From positions 1-35,414 of the IMG/VR virus record IMGVR_UViG_3300032290_000948: a DNA stretch of 35,414 nucleotides; one strand, 5' to 3'. The DNA comes from a virus (lineage: Duplodnaviria; Caudoviricetes). A model generated the notes under the pieces. It searched no databases, was not told where the DNA came from, and saw nothing but the letters and a program-made list of their open reading frames with translations. The translations under genes and the position numbers were made by a program. The number at the start of each line of letters is the position of its first letter. Positions within the stretch are counted from its first letter, which is position 1. Shown here piece after piece: positions 1 through 9,274 of this stretch.

Positions 1-1
1 C

Positions 2-460
2 ATGGATCGAGTATTCAGTACAGACCTTGCGGGATCCGCTTACCCCTTCGCTAAAGGCGGCGTGATGACCTCCCGCGGCCCTGTTCCCCTGAAGAAGTAC
101 GCCCGTGGCGGCATCGCCAACCGTCCCCAGTTGGCGCTCTACGGCGAGGGAAGCAAGCCCGAGGCCTACGTGCCCCTGCCAGACGGCCGGCGCATTCCGG
201 TGGCTCTGCAGGGGCAGGACAAGATGCGTGAGGCGATGGGTGCAGGCCCGACGCAGGGCGGTGGCAGCCCGGTGCTGAACATGAGCTTCCAGAGCACCAG
301 CATCGGCGGCGTCGAATACGTGAGCCGCGACCAGCTCGAGGCTGCGATGGCGCAGACCCGGCGGCAGGCCTCCCGTGATGGTGCCAAGCGCGGGATGTCG
401 ATGACACTCGATAAACTGCAGCAGAGCCCATCGATTCGTTCCCGTGTGGGGCTGCGCTGA
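2..460 (+). CDS. Tail tape measure protein, C-terminal part (5' truncated by window)
   Basis: FAKGG...YARGG...GEGSKPEAYVPL motif typical of lambda-like tape measure C-termini; directly precedes tail-tip genes with a TGATG overlap. Confidence 0.8.
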   Translation: MDRVFSTDLAGSAYPFAKGGVMTSRGPVPLKKYARGGIANRPQLALYGEGSKPEAYVPLPDGRRIPVALQGQDKMREAMGAGPTQGGGSPVLNMSFQSTSIGGVEYVSRDQLEAAMAQTRRQASRDGAKRGMSMTLDKLQQSPSIRSRVGLR

Positions 461-849
461 TGGCTGACCAGTTCCCGAGGATCAAGCCGACCAGCCGGGC
501 CTTCAAGCTCGGCACCTTCCCCACGAAGGTCTACCGCGCGCTGTCGGGCGCCACCGTTAAGCGCAGCTTCGGCAACCGCGCCACCGGCTACGAGCTGCAG
601 CTCAGCTACGACAACATCAGCGACACCATCACGGCGCAGCTGCTGGCCCACTACACCGTCACCTCGGGCGGTTTTGAGCGGTTCACGCTGCCGGCCGACA
701 TCTTCGCCGGGATGAGCGACACGCTGCGCGGCTACATCCAGGCACCGAACAGCATCCAGTGGGAATACGCCGCGGCCCCTGAAGTGCAGTCGGTCTACAC
801 CGGCCGCAGCCAGGTGAGCATCCAGCTGATCGGAGAGCTCGACTTCTGA
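460..849 (+). CDS. Minor tail protein (lambda gpM/Dit-like)
   Basis: 129 aa, immediately after tape measure, coupled start and stop, strong GC3 coding bias. Confidence 0.65.
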   Translation: MADQFPRIKPTSRAFKLGTFPTKVYRALSGATVKRSFGNRATGYELQLSYDNISDTITAQLLAHYTVTSGGFERFTLPADIFAGMSDTLRGYIQAPNSIQWEYAAAPEVQSVYTGRSQVSIQLIGELDF

Positions 850-1313
850 TGACTGAGCTGCGGATCTGCCAGTTCCTGAAGCTGCGCACCACCGATGGGA
901 CCACCCATCGCTACCAGAACTACTTCGTGGGACAGAACGCCTCGCTGCAGAGCGAGAGCTACGCCTTCGCGCCCTTCCGCGCCGAGGGTGCGCTGGCCAC
1001 GCTGAACGGCGAGAACGCGCAGCTGCAGGTGCTGTTCCCGCATGTGGACTTCGCGCTGGTGCTGGTGGAGGCCGGCGACGGCAACCGGCTGAGCGAGCTG
1101 ACGCTGACCACCGCCTGGCTCAATGCCGCGGGCACAATCACCAACACCGTCACCGACTTCTACATCGGGCTCGGCGCCAGCTTCAGCGACACCACCATCG
1201 AGCTGCGCTTCAGGTCGGCGATCGACAGCGTGGGCTCGAGCTTCCCCGGCCGCAGCTTCACCCGCGACATGGTGGGACCGCTGCCGCTCAACTCGGAGCT
1301 CTATCTGCGATGA
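849..1313 (+). CDS. Minor tail protein (lambda gpL-like position)
   Basis: Synteny M-L-K-J; Y-x-F-x-PF motif; coupled overlaps. Confidence 0.55.
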   Translation: MTELRICQFLKLRTTDGTTHRYQNYFVGQNASLQSESYAFAPFRAEGALATLNGENAQLQVLFPHVDFALVLVEAGDGNRLSELTLTTAWLNAAGTITNTVTDFYIGLGASFSDTTIELRFRSAIDSVGSSFPGRSFTRDMVGPLPLNSELYLR

Positions 1314-1687
1314 ACGATCTGGTGGGTCTTGCCTACGGCTGGGGCCACCGGCCGGGCGACGGCAGCGGCCGCACCGACTGCTTCCAGCTGGTGTGCGAGG
1401 TGCGCGACCGGCTCGGGCTCCCCAGCTACCGCGAGCAGTTCGAATGGGTCTATGCCGACTGGACCGAGGAGGCCTTCCCGCGGTCGATGATCGCGCGCTG
1501 GCTGTGTGAGCACGGCACCCGTCTCAAGGCGCCTCGCCGCGGCGCTGTGGCCCTGCTGCCGGCCGGCGCCGGTGCAGCGCTCGGCACCCACCTCGGCGGC
1601 CCTGTGCTGTTCATCGGGCCGGGGCAGAATGTGATTCAGGCACCGCTGCCCGATGGCGTGGGGCACTACTTCTGGATGGATCGATGA
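1310..1687 (+). CDS. NlpC/P60-family tail assembly protein (gpK-like)
   Basis: LVGLAYGWG...G...DCFQLV catalytic-Cys motif of NlpC/P60. Confidence 0.8.
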   Translation: MNDLVGLAYGWGHRPGDGSGRTDCFQLVCEVRDRLGLPSYREQFEWVYADWTEEAFPRSMIARWLCEHGTRLKAPRRGAVALLPAGAGAALGTHLGGPVLFIGPGQNVIQAPLPDGVGHYFWMDR

Positions 1688-4600
1688 CGCGCAAGCTGCT
1701 GCCCTACGAGCACGAGCTGATCGAGATCCTGAAAGTCTCGGAGGAGGACTACCTCGAGTTCCTGGCGGTGCAGCACGACTTCACCCGCTCGCGCGAGGAG
1801 AAGCTGCAGGAACTGCGCGGCGATCCGGTCTCGATCGTGCTGGTGGTGGTCGGCATCATCCTGCAGGCGGCGTCCTACCTGCTGGCCCCCAAGCCAGAAC
1901 TGGAGCAGAAGAACCAGCGCACGCGGCGCGATCAGGTGTTCGCCCCGCGGTTCGGCTTTAACAGCCAGCAGGAGCTGGCGAAGTACGGCGACACGGTGAA
2001 CCTCGCCTACTGCAACGTGGAGGACAACCCCACGGGCGGCGTGCGGGTGGCCACCTCGCTGCTGTGGAGCTCAGTTCACAGCGAGGGCTCGAGCCAGTTC
2101 ATGCAGATGCTGCTGGCGATCGGCGCTTCGCGGATCGAGCAGATCGCCGCGGGACGGATCGCCTTCGGTCAGACCCCGATCCGCCAGTTCGCGGCAACGA
2201 AGAACTGGACCTACTTCGGCCACAACCGGCCGCTGCAGTATGCCGACATCTTCCGCCCCACCGGTAGCACCAGCGACCCGACGCGCGACGGCCAGGCGCC
2301 GGGTGACTTTGCCTACCGCGCCAACCTGATCGGCAACACCTACGTGGAGGGCTTCAGCCAGGCGTTCTCGCCGAGCACGATGACCCGCTGCGGCGTCTAC
2401 GCGCCGATCCCGATCAACGTTAACTTCTACGACCGCGATGAGAACGGCCGGCGGCAGGAGGCCGAGCTCGGCGTGGAGCTCGAGGATTCGGGCAGCTACT
2501 GGCCCAGCGACGAACTGAACGACACCCGCAACGTGGTGCCGATCGGCGCAGTGTTCACGCTGGTGTTTAAGCGCATTCCCCACGGCAGCGACGACGACGT
2601 GAAGGAAGCAGCGGCCGAGCTGCGCCGCTCGCTGTCGAGCTACATCGACGCGGCCAGCACCTACAAGCTGGGCAGCGCGCTGTTCAAGGTGGCGCAGCCC
2701 ATCAGGAACGTAGAGCTCGACGATGGCGCCATGCGCGTGAAGCTCGAATGCGTCGAGAGCGGCATCTGTCCCACCGAGGACTACGGCACCACCAACTTCA
2801 AGCAGAACGAAGACGAAGCGAACGATGAGATCGTGCTGCTGGAGGAGCAGGTCACAGCGCTGAACGAGCAGCTGCTGAAGAACGAGCCGATCTTGAAACC
2901 GGGAATCGGCACGGGCGCGTTTACGCGCCTCGAAGAGATCCGCGCGCTCAAGGATCTGATCGATGACTTCTCTGACCGCAAGTGGACATCGGCAGAGCTC
3001 GACAACCTGCTGAACTACGCGGAGATATACGACCCGCAGGTGGTGGACTACGCCAACCAGGTGGAAGGTTTGCGGGATCGCCGCAAGGATCTGAGAAACA
3101 AGATTGAGAATGAACTGGACAAGGCCAGCGAGAACCGTGACAGGGACGCAATCCGAAACTGGCGCAACCAAATCAGGGACACCAACACTCAACTGAAAAA
3201 AGCGCAGGCCAAGCTCAGCAAAGCGTTCGAGCAGTTCGGCCTCGCCGATGGTTTGATCCCCGGCCGCGGCAAGACCCTCAAACAGGAGCGCCGCTACCTC
3301 AACACCCGCGAGCGTGATCTGAACCAGCAGATCGCCGAGCTAACGTCTAACGCCAATAACCTCGACACCGCGGCCATGGCGACGCGGGATGACGACCTTC
3401 GCTCGCAGATCGCCACTAAACAGAACCGCATCACTGATCTGCAGAACTACCTGAAGAACCCGGAGAAGTGGAACGACTGGTTCAACGTAAAGTGTCTGGT
3501 CAAATCCGAGGAGGCCAAATACGAGACCATCACCGAGTGCCGGGTGGTGGACTTCGCGCTGAAGGCCCGCGTGTTCAAGCGGGTGCAAGGCCGTGCGAAG
3601 AAGTACGGCAAGGTCAGCATGGAGAACTACAAGATCAGCGACAACGGCATCAAGCTGCGATCTATGTTCTTCTGGGTCTGGTATCGCCGCACCGCCTCCG
3701 AGGACGGCAGCTGGCAGCGTGTGCCCTACATCTTCGCGATCCGCCGTGGCGCGGACGTGGACAATTTCGTTTCACTGAAGTTCATCGCCGATGACAACAT
3801 CGGCAAGTGGCAGTTCCGCTTTGAGCCGATCGCCGACACCGGCGCGGAGATGGGCTACCACGGCCTCGCGGATTTCGCCTACATCGAGAACAGCGGCGAT
3901 GTGAACGTGATCCCCGGCCCCCGCGGCGGCCAGTTCACCTTCGTGGGCACCATCCGCAGCCGCAAGGGCAAGCTGCCCCCGGTGAACGTGAACCCCTCCG
4001 AGATCGATGAGTGGGGCCTGTTCTCGATGTTCTCCGACACGCAGCTGACGTTCAGCTTCGATCAGGGGCCGGAGCTCGCGATCACCGCCGTGACGGAGCA
4101 ACGCACCGAGGGCTTCGCTAACTACCCCAACCTCTACGACGGCCTCAGCCTGATCGGCTTCAACGCCTACAGCGGCCAGGGCATTCAGGATCTCCGCTCG
4201 ATCTCGGTGTTCGTGCAGAAGGGCAAGATGCTCCGCCGGCTGCGCAATGACGGCACCTACCCAGCCTCACCCGATGGCTCGAGCAGCTATGCGCCCGACA
4301 TCTTCCTCGACACGATCCTCGACGGGCAGAACGGCATCGGCCGGTTCGCCAAGGTCGGCGGCGTCGATCTGCAGGCGCTCGCCTTCGCGAAGCAGTTCTG
4401 CCGGCAGAACGAGCTCTACATGGACGGCGTGATTGCCGAGCAAACCCCATGGCGGCAGTTCTGGGCTGAGGTGGCGCCGTTCTCCCTGCTCGAGCTCGGC
4501 CGCGTAGGTGGCCGCGAAACGCTCGTGCCGGCCGTGCCCACCGACAGCGCCGGCAACATCACACGGCAGGTGACGATCTCGGCCCTGTTCAACCAGGGCA

Positions 4601-5304
4601 ACATCCTTGAGGACTCCTACAAGGAAGAGTTCATCGACTTCGGCAGCAACGTGCAGGACCTGATCGCCTCGGTGATCTACCGCGACACCGAGATCGATGG
4701 CGTGTTCCCGCGCAACCGCAGCGTGGAGGTGAGTCGCGCCGATGCCGTCGAGGCGAGCTCGGTGCGCCAGACCTTCGACCTTTCCCAGTACGTCACCAAC
4801 CGCAGCCAGGCGATCCGCTTCGGCAAGCTGCTCTGCAACCAACGCCGGCACGTTCGCCGCGCGATCGAGTTCTCCACCTTCCCCACCGACAGCGTGCTTG
4901 AGCCCGGCGCCTACATCTACGTGGCGATCGGCCAGAACCAGTGGGATCAGGTCACCACCGGCGTGATCGAGGCGGGCGGCGCGCTCAACACGCCGATCGC
5001 CGGCGGCCCTGTCAACGGCAGCGGCTACCGCGCGCTGGTCTACCAGTCGGGCAGCGACGTGATCAGCCTCTCCGGCATCACTGTCTCAGGTGGCATCGCT
5101 GCTGATCTGGCGCCCTATGCCGGCCGGCTGTTCGTGCTCGGCACCACCGTCACCCGCCAGCGGGTATTCCGGGTAACGGAAGTGCAGATGGATGAAGAAG
5201 GCGAGGTGAGCGTGAGAGCGATCGAACATCCGTGCATCGTTTCGGATGGCCAGACCTTGAGCCTGATCGCTGCTTTCGCGGATAGTGGGTTCTCTATTCG
5301 CTAG
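1684..5304 (+). CDS. Central tail tip / host-specificity protein (gpJ-like) with a coiled-coil insertion
   Basis: 1206 aa; N-terminal hydrophobic gpI-like segment; C-terminal J-like features (ALFNQGNI, TNRSQA..FG, F.T...LEPG, FRV..V); synteny. Confidence 0.8.
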   Translation: MTRKLLPYEHELIEILKVSEEDYLEFLAVQHDFTRSREEKLQELRGDPVSIVLVVVGIILQAASYLLAPKPELEQKNQRTRRDQVFAPRFGFNSQQELAKYGDTVNLAYCNVEDNPTGGVRVATSLLWSSVHSEGSSQFMQMLLAIGASRIEQIAAGRIAFGQTPIRQFAATKNWTYFGHNRPLQYADIFRPTGSTSDPTRDGQAPGDFAYRANLIGNTYVEGFSQAFSPSTMTRCGVYAPIPINVNFYDRDENGRRQEAELGVELEDSGSYWPSDELNDTRNVVPIGAVFTLVFKRIPHGSDDDVKEAAAELRRSLSSYIDAASTYKLGSALFKVAQPIRNVELDDGAMRVKLECVESGICPTEDYGTTNFKQNEDEANDEIVLLEEQVTALNEQLLKNEPILKPGIGTGAFTRLEEIRALKDLIDDFSDRKWTSAELDNLLNYAEIYDPQVVDYANQVEGLRDRRKDLRNKIENELDKASENRDRDAIRNWRNQIRDTNTQLKKAQAKLSKAFEQFGLADGLIPGRGKTLKQERRYLNTRERDLNQQIAELTSNANNLDTAAMATRDDDLRSQIATKQNRITDLQNYLKNPEKWNDWFNVKCLVKSEEAKYETITECRVVDFALKARVFKRVQGRAKKYGKVSMENYKISDNGIKLRSMFFWVWYRRTASEDGSWQRVPYIFAIRRGADVDNFVSLKFIADDNIGKWQFRFEPIADTGAEMGYHGLADFAYIENSGDVNVIPGPRGGQFTFVGTIRSRKGKLPPVNVNPSEIDEWGLFSMFSDTQLTFSFDQGPELAITAVTEQRTEGFANYPNLYDGLSLIGFNAYSGQGIQDLRSISVFVQKGKMLRRLRNDGTYPASPDGSSSYAPDIFLDTILDGQNGIGRFAKVGGVDLQALAFAKQFCRQNELYMDGVIAEQTPWRQFWAEVAPFSLLELGRVGGRETLVPAVPTDSAGNITRQVTISALFNQGNILEDSYKEEFIDFGSNVQDLIASVIYRDTEIDGVFPRNRSVEVSRADAVEASSVRQTFDLSQYVTNRSQAIRFGKLLCNQRRHVRRAIEFSTFPTDSVLEPGAYIYVAIGQNQWDQVTTGVIEAGGALNTPIAGGPVNGSGYRALVYQSGSDVISLSGITVSGGIAADLAPYAGRLFVLGTTVTRQRVFRVTEVQMDEEGEVSVRAIEHPCIVSDGQTLSLIAAFADSGFSIR

Positions 5305-5330
5305 CCTGACTTCAGACTGGGCCACCGTTC

Positions 5331-5780
5331 ATGGGCTTCTACACCGGCCGCACCGGCAAGCTGGAGTTCTGGGACGGTGTGACCTACAAACCCGTGGCGA
5401 AGATCCGCGACTGGTCGCTTGAGGCCAGCGTGGAGCTGCTCAGCACCACCGCGATCGACAGCACCGCGAGCACGTTCACGCCAGGCCTGAAGAGCGCCAG
5501 CGGCTCGGCCACGCTGCTCTACTACCGCCTCGAGGCCGGCGAGTCGGCCACGCTGACGCAGTTCACCGCGCTGCTGGGCAAGATCCAGAAGGTGGGCGCC
5601 GTCACCGAGGCGGACCGGGTGAAGCTGAAGCTCAAGGTCAGCGATGCCGCGAACGACGATCTGGAGTTCTTCGCCTACATCACCGCGGCGCAGGTGGGCG
5701 TGAGCACCGGCGAGCTGGTGGTGGTGCCGATCCAGTTCACTGTTGATGGAGACTTCCTGGCTGGCGGCGTGATCGGATGA
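5331..5780 (+). CDS. Tail tube-fold structural protein
   Basis: G..G.L...IRDWSL......TT......TF.PGL.S.SGS pattern of tail tube proteins; ends in F.V.G. Confidence 0.6.
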   Translation: MGFYTGRTGKLEFWDGVTYKPVAKIRDWSLEASVELLSTTAIDSTASTFTPGLKSASGSATLLYYRLEAGESATLTQFTALLGKIQKVGAVTEADRVKLKLKVSDAANDDLEFFAYITAAQVGVSTGELVVVPIQFTVDGDFLAGGVIG

Positions 5781-6652
5781 CCTTCTTCCTCGGCACCAAG
5801 GGCAACGTGCGGCTCCGGCGGGGCAGCTCGGTGAGCATGGGTGAGCTGGCCGACCAGATCAGCCCCGATGATGTCAACATCACCCTCAACCGCCTGAGTT
5901 TCGATTCGTCGCTCGACAACCTGATCACCGGTGATCGCGTGGAGCTTGCGACCACCGACGCGCGCGGGCTGGTCTGCTTCGCCGATGCCGCCTGGTCTGA
6001 CAGCGTGAGGCGTCCGCGCATCTCGGCCTACGTGAACGTCAACGCGGCCGGCGGCCTGCGGTTCTTCCTGACCTTCCTGGATGCCGTCAACAACGTGCGG
6101 GCCAACGAGCTACCGCTCGCCAGCTTCGCCGCGCCAGTTCTGCCGATCACGGTCTCGGTGAAGGATTCCACGTCCAACGTGCTCGGGAATGTGGTCGAGT
6201 ACACGCTGGCCACCGACCGCGAGGCGATCGACAGCACCAGCCTCAGCGACAAGTTCCGCAAGCTCTACTCAGCCGGCCTGCTCTCCGGCAGCGGCACTAT
6301 CGCCTGCGCCTTCGACTACACCACCTCCGGCGTCGATGAGACCCCGCTGCTGATGCTGCAGCTGATCAACCGGCTCGACATCGGTTCGGAGTTCGATTGC
6401 GCGCTCTACCTCACCGACAAAAGCGTCGATGAGACCGTTGACTCGGTGTATTACGACTTCACCGCGATGGTCACCAAGGCCGGCGTGCAAGTCACTGCGG
6501 GCGACATCATCAACTGCACCGTTGACTTTGTGACCACCGGCGAGATCCGTCTGCTGGTCGGCCAGCCTTCCGGCTACGTGCTGAAGGAAGACGACGACAA
6601 GATCACGCTGGAGCAGTCCCTCAACTTCCTGCTGACAGAACCCGAGGACTAA
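5777..6652 (+). CDS. Virion structural protein with C-terminal tube-like domain
   Basis: EYTL...REAIDSTSL.D.F......GL.SGSG echoes the upstream gene; ATGA overlap. Confidence 0.55.
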   Translation: MTFFLGTKGNVRLRRGSSVSMGELADQISPDDVNITLNRLSFDSSLDNLITGDRVELATTDARGLVCFADAAWSDSVRRPRISAYVNVNAAGGLRFFLTFLDAVNNVRANELPLASFAAPVLPITVSVKDSTSNVLGNVVEYTLATDREAIDSTSLSDKFRKLYSAGLLSGSGTIACAFDYTTSGVDETPLLMLQLINRLDIGSEFDCALYLTDKSVDETVDSVYYDFTAMVTKAGVQVTAGDIINCTVDFVTTGEIRLLVGQPSGYVLKEDDDKITLEQSLNFLLTEPED

Positions 6653-6689
6653 CATGGGTTCTAGCAGTGGCGCCCACGGAGGCTGAGCC

Positions 6690-9221
6690 TTGGCTGACCA
6701 GCGGATTACCCAGCTCACGGCGCTGCCCAAGGCTTCGGTGGCGGCCACCGACGTGCTGCCCATTGCGGACATCTCGGCCTCGCAGACCAAAAAGGTCACA
6801 GCGAAGGACCTGGTGGATGCCGGCCTCGATCTGATCGATCTGGCGTCGATCGACCTCGACAAGCTCAACCAGTCCAGCACCACCAAGCTCGGCACCACCT
6901 CTCTGGCTGATGACGCCATCACGGCGGCCAAGCTCGGGGAGGATTCATCGATCTTCGTCGGCAGCGCGGCGCCGACCACCGACAACTACGAAGGCCGCGG
7001 CTGGCTGAACAGCACGAACGACGCGCTGTCGATCTACAAGGCCGGCGCCTATGTGCCCCTGCAGGTGCGCGCCGAGAACATCCCAGCCGGGCAGATCGGC
7101 ACCAGCGAGCTAGCCGATGGCGCTGTCACCACCGCCAAAGCCTCCAACCTCGGCACCGCAGCCCTGGCTGATGATGCCGTCACCTACGCCAAGATCCAGA
7201 ACACCAGCGGCAGCAACGTGCTGCTCGGCCGCAGCTCCTCGGGCTCGGGCGATGTCGAGGAGATCACCTGCACCGCGGCCGGCCGCGCGCTGCTCGATGA
7301 TGCCGACGCTGCCACCCAGCGCAGCACGCTGGGACTGGGCACTCTCGCCACGCAGTCGGGCACCTTCTCCGGCACCCACAGCGGCACCAGCTCTGGCACC
7401 AACACCGGCGACCAGACGATCACCCTCACGGGTGACGTGACGGGTGCTGGCACCGGGTCGTTCGCCACCACGATTGCAAGCGGCGCGATCACCGAGCTGA
7501 AGCTCGGCACGGGCGCCGTGACCACAGGGAAGATCTTTGAAGGCAGCGTGTCGGCCGTCAAGCTGGCCAACAACTCAGCCGCTGTGGTGGCGGCTGCCGC
7601 GCCATCAGGAGCTGGGGCTTTCATCGGCCAGCAGTACCTGAACACCAACACGGCGATCGAATACACCTGGGACGGCACCAGCTGGGTGCGGCAGGCCAGC
7701 CTCGGCTCGCTGCTGACCTTCAACGACTCGACGCCGCTCACCTTTGCGGTCGCCTACCCCGACCCTTACACCGCCAGCATCACGGTCGGGCTTGACACGC
7801 AGGGCGTCAATTACGTGTGGGCTGGCCCGGCCAGTGGCGTTGACGCAAAGCCAACATTCCGCGCCCTGACGGCAGCAGATCTGCCCAGTGCCACGAGTGT
7901 GGCCAAGGGCGCGATCATCCCCGGCACCGGCCTGTCGGTGACCAGCGGCACGCTGAACCACACCAACAGCACCACCGCGGGCACCTACACCAAGCTGACG
8001 GTGGACGCGCAAGGTCACATCACTGCCGGCGCACTCCTCAGCGCCAGCGATGTTCCCTCGCTTGACACCAGCAAGATCAACAGCGGCACCTTCGGCACCG
8101 CCTACATCGCCGACGATGCGATCACCGGCATGAAGCTGGCCAACTATTCGACGGCGAAGGTGGGCGAATCTCTGCCTACTGCCGACTACATCGGGCAGAT
8201 CTTTCTGAACCCGCTCGATAAGTCGTTCTTCATGTGGGACGGCAACGTCTGGCAGCCGATCGGCATCAGCGCGGGCTCGGTGATCTTCGCAGGCACCTAC
8301 AACGCCACCACCAACCAGATCGCCACGGTGACCACCGAGGGCACGGCGGTCGGTCTCAGCGTGGGCAATGCGCTGCCGGCAGCTTCGCAGATCAATGAGA
8401 GCTACTACGTGGTGGTCTCGACTGGCGGCACGGGCGTCAGCCCTGCTCCGGCTGTAGCGCTGGCACCGCCTGACCTGATCCTCTCAAACGGCAGCAACTG
8501 GGTCGAGATCGATGTCAGCTCGACCTACGTGGCGCAGACTGCCTCGAACGTCGGGTTCACTCCGGCCGCCAGCCTCGGCAGCACCAACGTGCAGGCTGCG
8601 CTCGAGGAGGTATCGAACGAATGCCGCAATGCCACCAACATCACCAGCGGCACGCTGCTGGCGACCCGCGGCGGCACCGGCTTCGGCTCCTACACCAAGG
8701 GCGACCTGCTAGCTGCCTCAAGCGGCACGGCCCTGAGCCAGCTGGCTGTCGGCACCAACGGCCAGGTGCTGCGCGCCAACAGCGCCACCGCAACCGGCCT
8801 CCAGTGGGGCGATGATTTCGCCGGCACCGTCACTACGGTGACCAGCTCCACCGCGGCGCTCACGGTCGCCACGGCCACCACCACGCCAGCGCTGACGATC
8901 CGATCAGCCACCACCTCGCTGAACGGCATCGTTCAGCTGAGCGACAGCACCAGCACCAGCAGTTCAGTGCTGGCGGCCACGTCCACTGCGGTGAAGGCGG
9001 CCTACGACCTTGCCGCAGCGGCGCTGCCCAAGGCCGGCGGCACCATGACCGGCACGCTGGAGCTCGGCACTGGCGTGAACGTCGTGTTCGAGGGCGCCAC
9101 AGCTGACGGGTTCGAGACCACGCTCACCTGCGCAGATCCGACCGCCGATCGCACAATCACGCTGCCAAATCGCGATGGCACGGTGGCCGTCACTGCTGAT
9201 CTGGACGACGGGACCTACTGA
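6690..9221 (+). CDS. Long tail fibre / structural protein (TTG start)
   Basis: 843 aa Thr/Ala/Gly/Ser-rich; repeated LADDA(I/V)TxxK(L/I) units; three G(Q/R)x(W/Y/F)LN...WDG-type knobs; GIVQLS phage fibre repeat. Confidence 0.75.
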   Translation: MADQRITQLTALPKASVAATDVLPIADISASQTKKVTAKDLVDAGLDLIDLASIDLDKLNQSSTTKLGTTSLADDAITAAKLGEDSSIFVGSAAPTTDNYEGRGWLNSTNDALSIYKAGAYVPLQVRAENIPAGQIGTSELADGAVTTAKASNLGTAALADDAVTYAKIQNTSGSNVLLGRSSSGSGDVEEITCTAAGRALLDDADAATQRSTLGLGTLATQSGTFSGTHSGTSSGTNTGDQTITLTGDVTGAGTGSFATTIASGAITELKLGTGAVTTGKIFEGSVSAVKLANNSAAVVAAAAPSGAGAFIGQQYLNTNTAIEYTWDGTSWVRQASLGSLLTFNDSTPLTFAVAYPDPYTASITVGLDTQGVNYVWAGPASGVDAKPTFRALTAADLPSATSVAKGAIIPGTGLSVTSGTLNHTNSTTAGTYTKLTVDAQGHITAGALLSASDVPSLDTSKINSGTFGTAYIADDAITGMKLANYSTAKVGESLPTADYIGQIFLNPLDKSFFMWDGNVWQPIGISAGSVIFAGTYNATTNQIATVTTEGTAVGLSVGNALPAASQINESYYVVVSTGGTGVSPAPAVALAPPDLILSNGSNWVEIDVSSTYVAQTASNVGFTPAASLGSTNVQAALEEVSNECRNATNITSGTLLATRGGTGFGSYTKGDLLAASSGTALSQLAVGTNGQVLRANSATATGLQWGDDFAGTVTTVTSSTAALTVATATTTPALTIRSATTSLNGIVQLSDSTSTSSSVLAATSTAVKAAYDLAAAALPKAGGTMTGTLELGTGVNVVFEGATADGFETTLTCADPTADRTITLPNRDGTVAVTADLDDGTY

Positions 9222-9274
9222 ACACTGCCGCTAGCCTGAACCCATAATTTCCGGCCTCAAGGAGGCGTTAAGGA

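Noticed and set aside
2071-3192. 373-aa minus-strand ORF and similar long antisense ORFs (4267..4851, 6269..6985, 10172..10768, 32714..33283)
   Set aside because: Shadow frames of GC3-biased genes in high-GC DNA; no motifs
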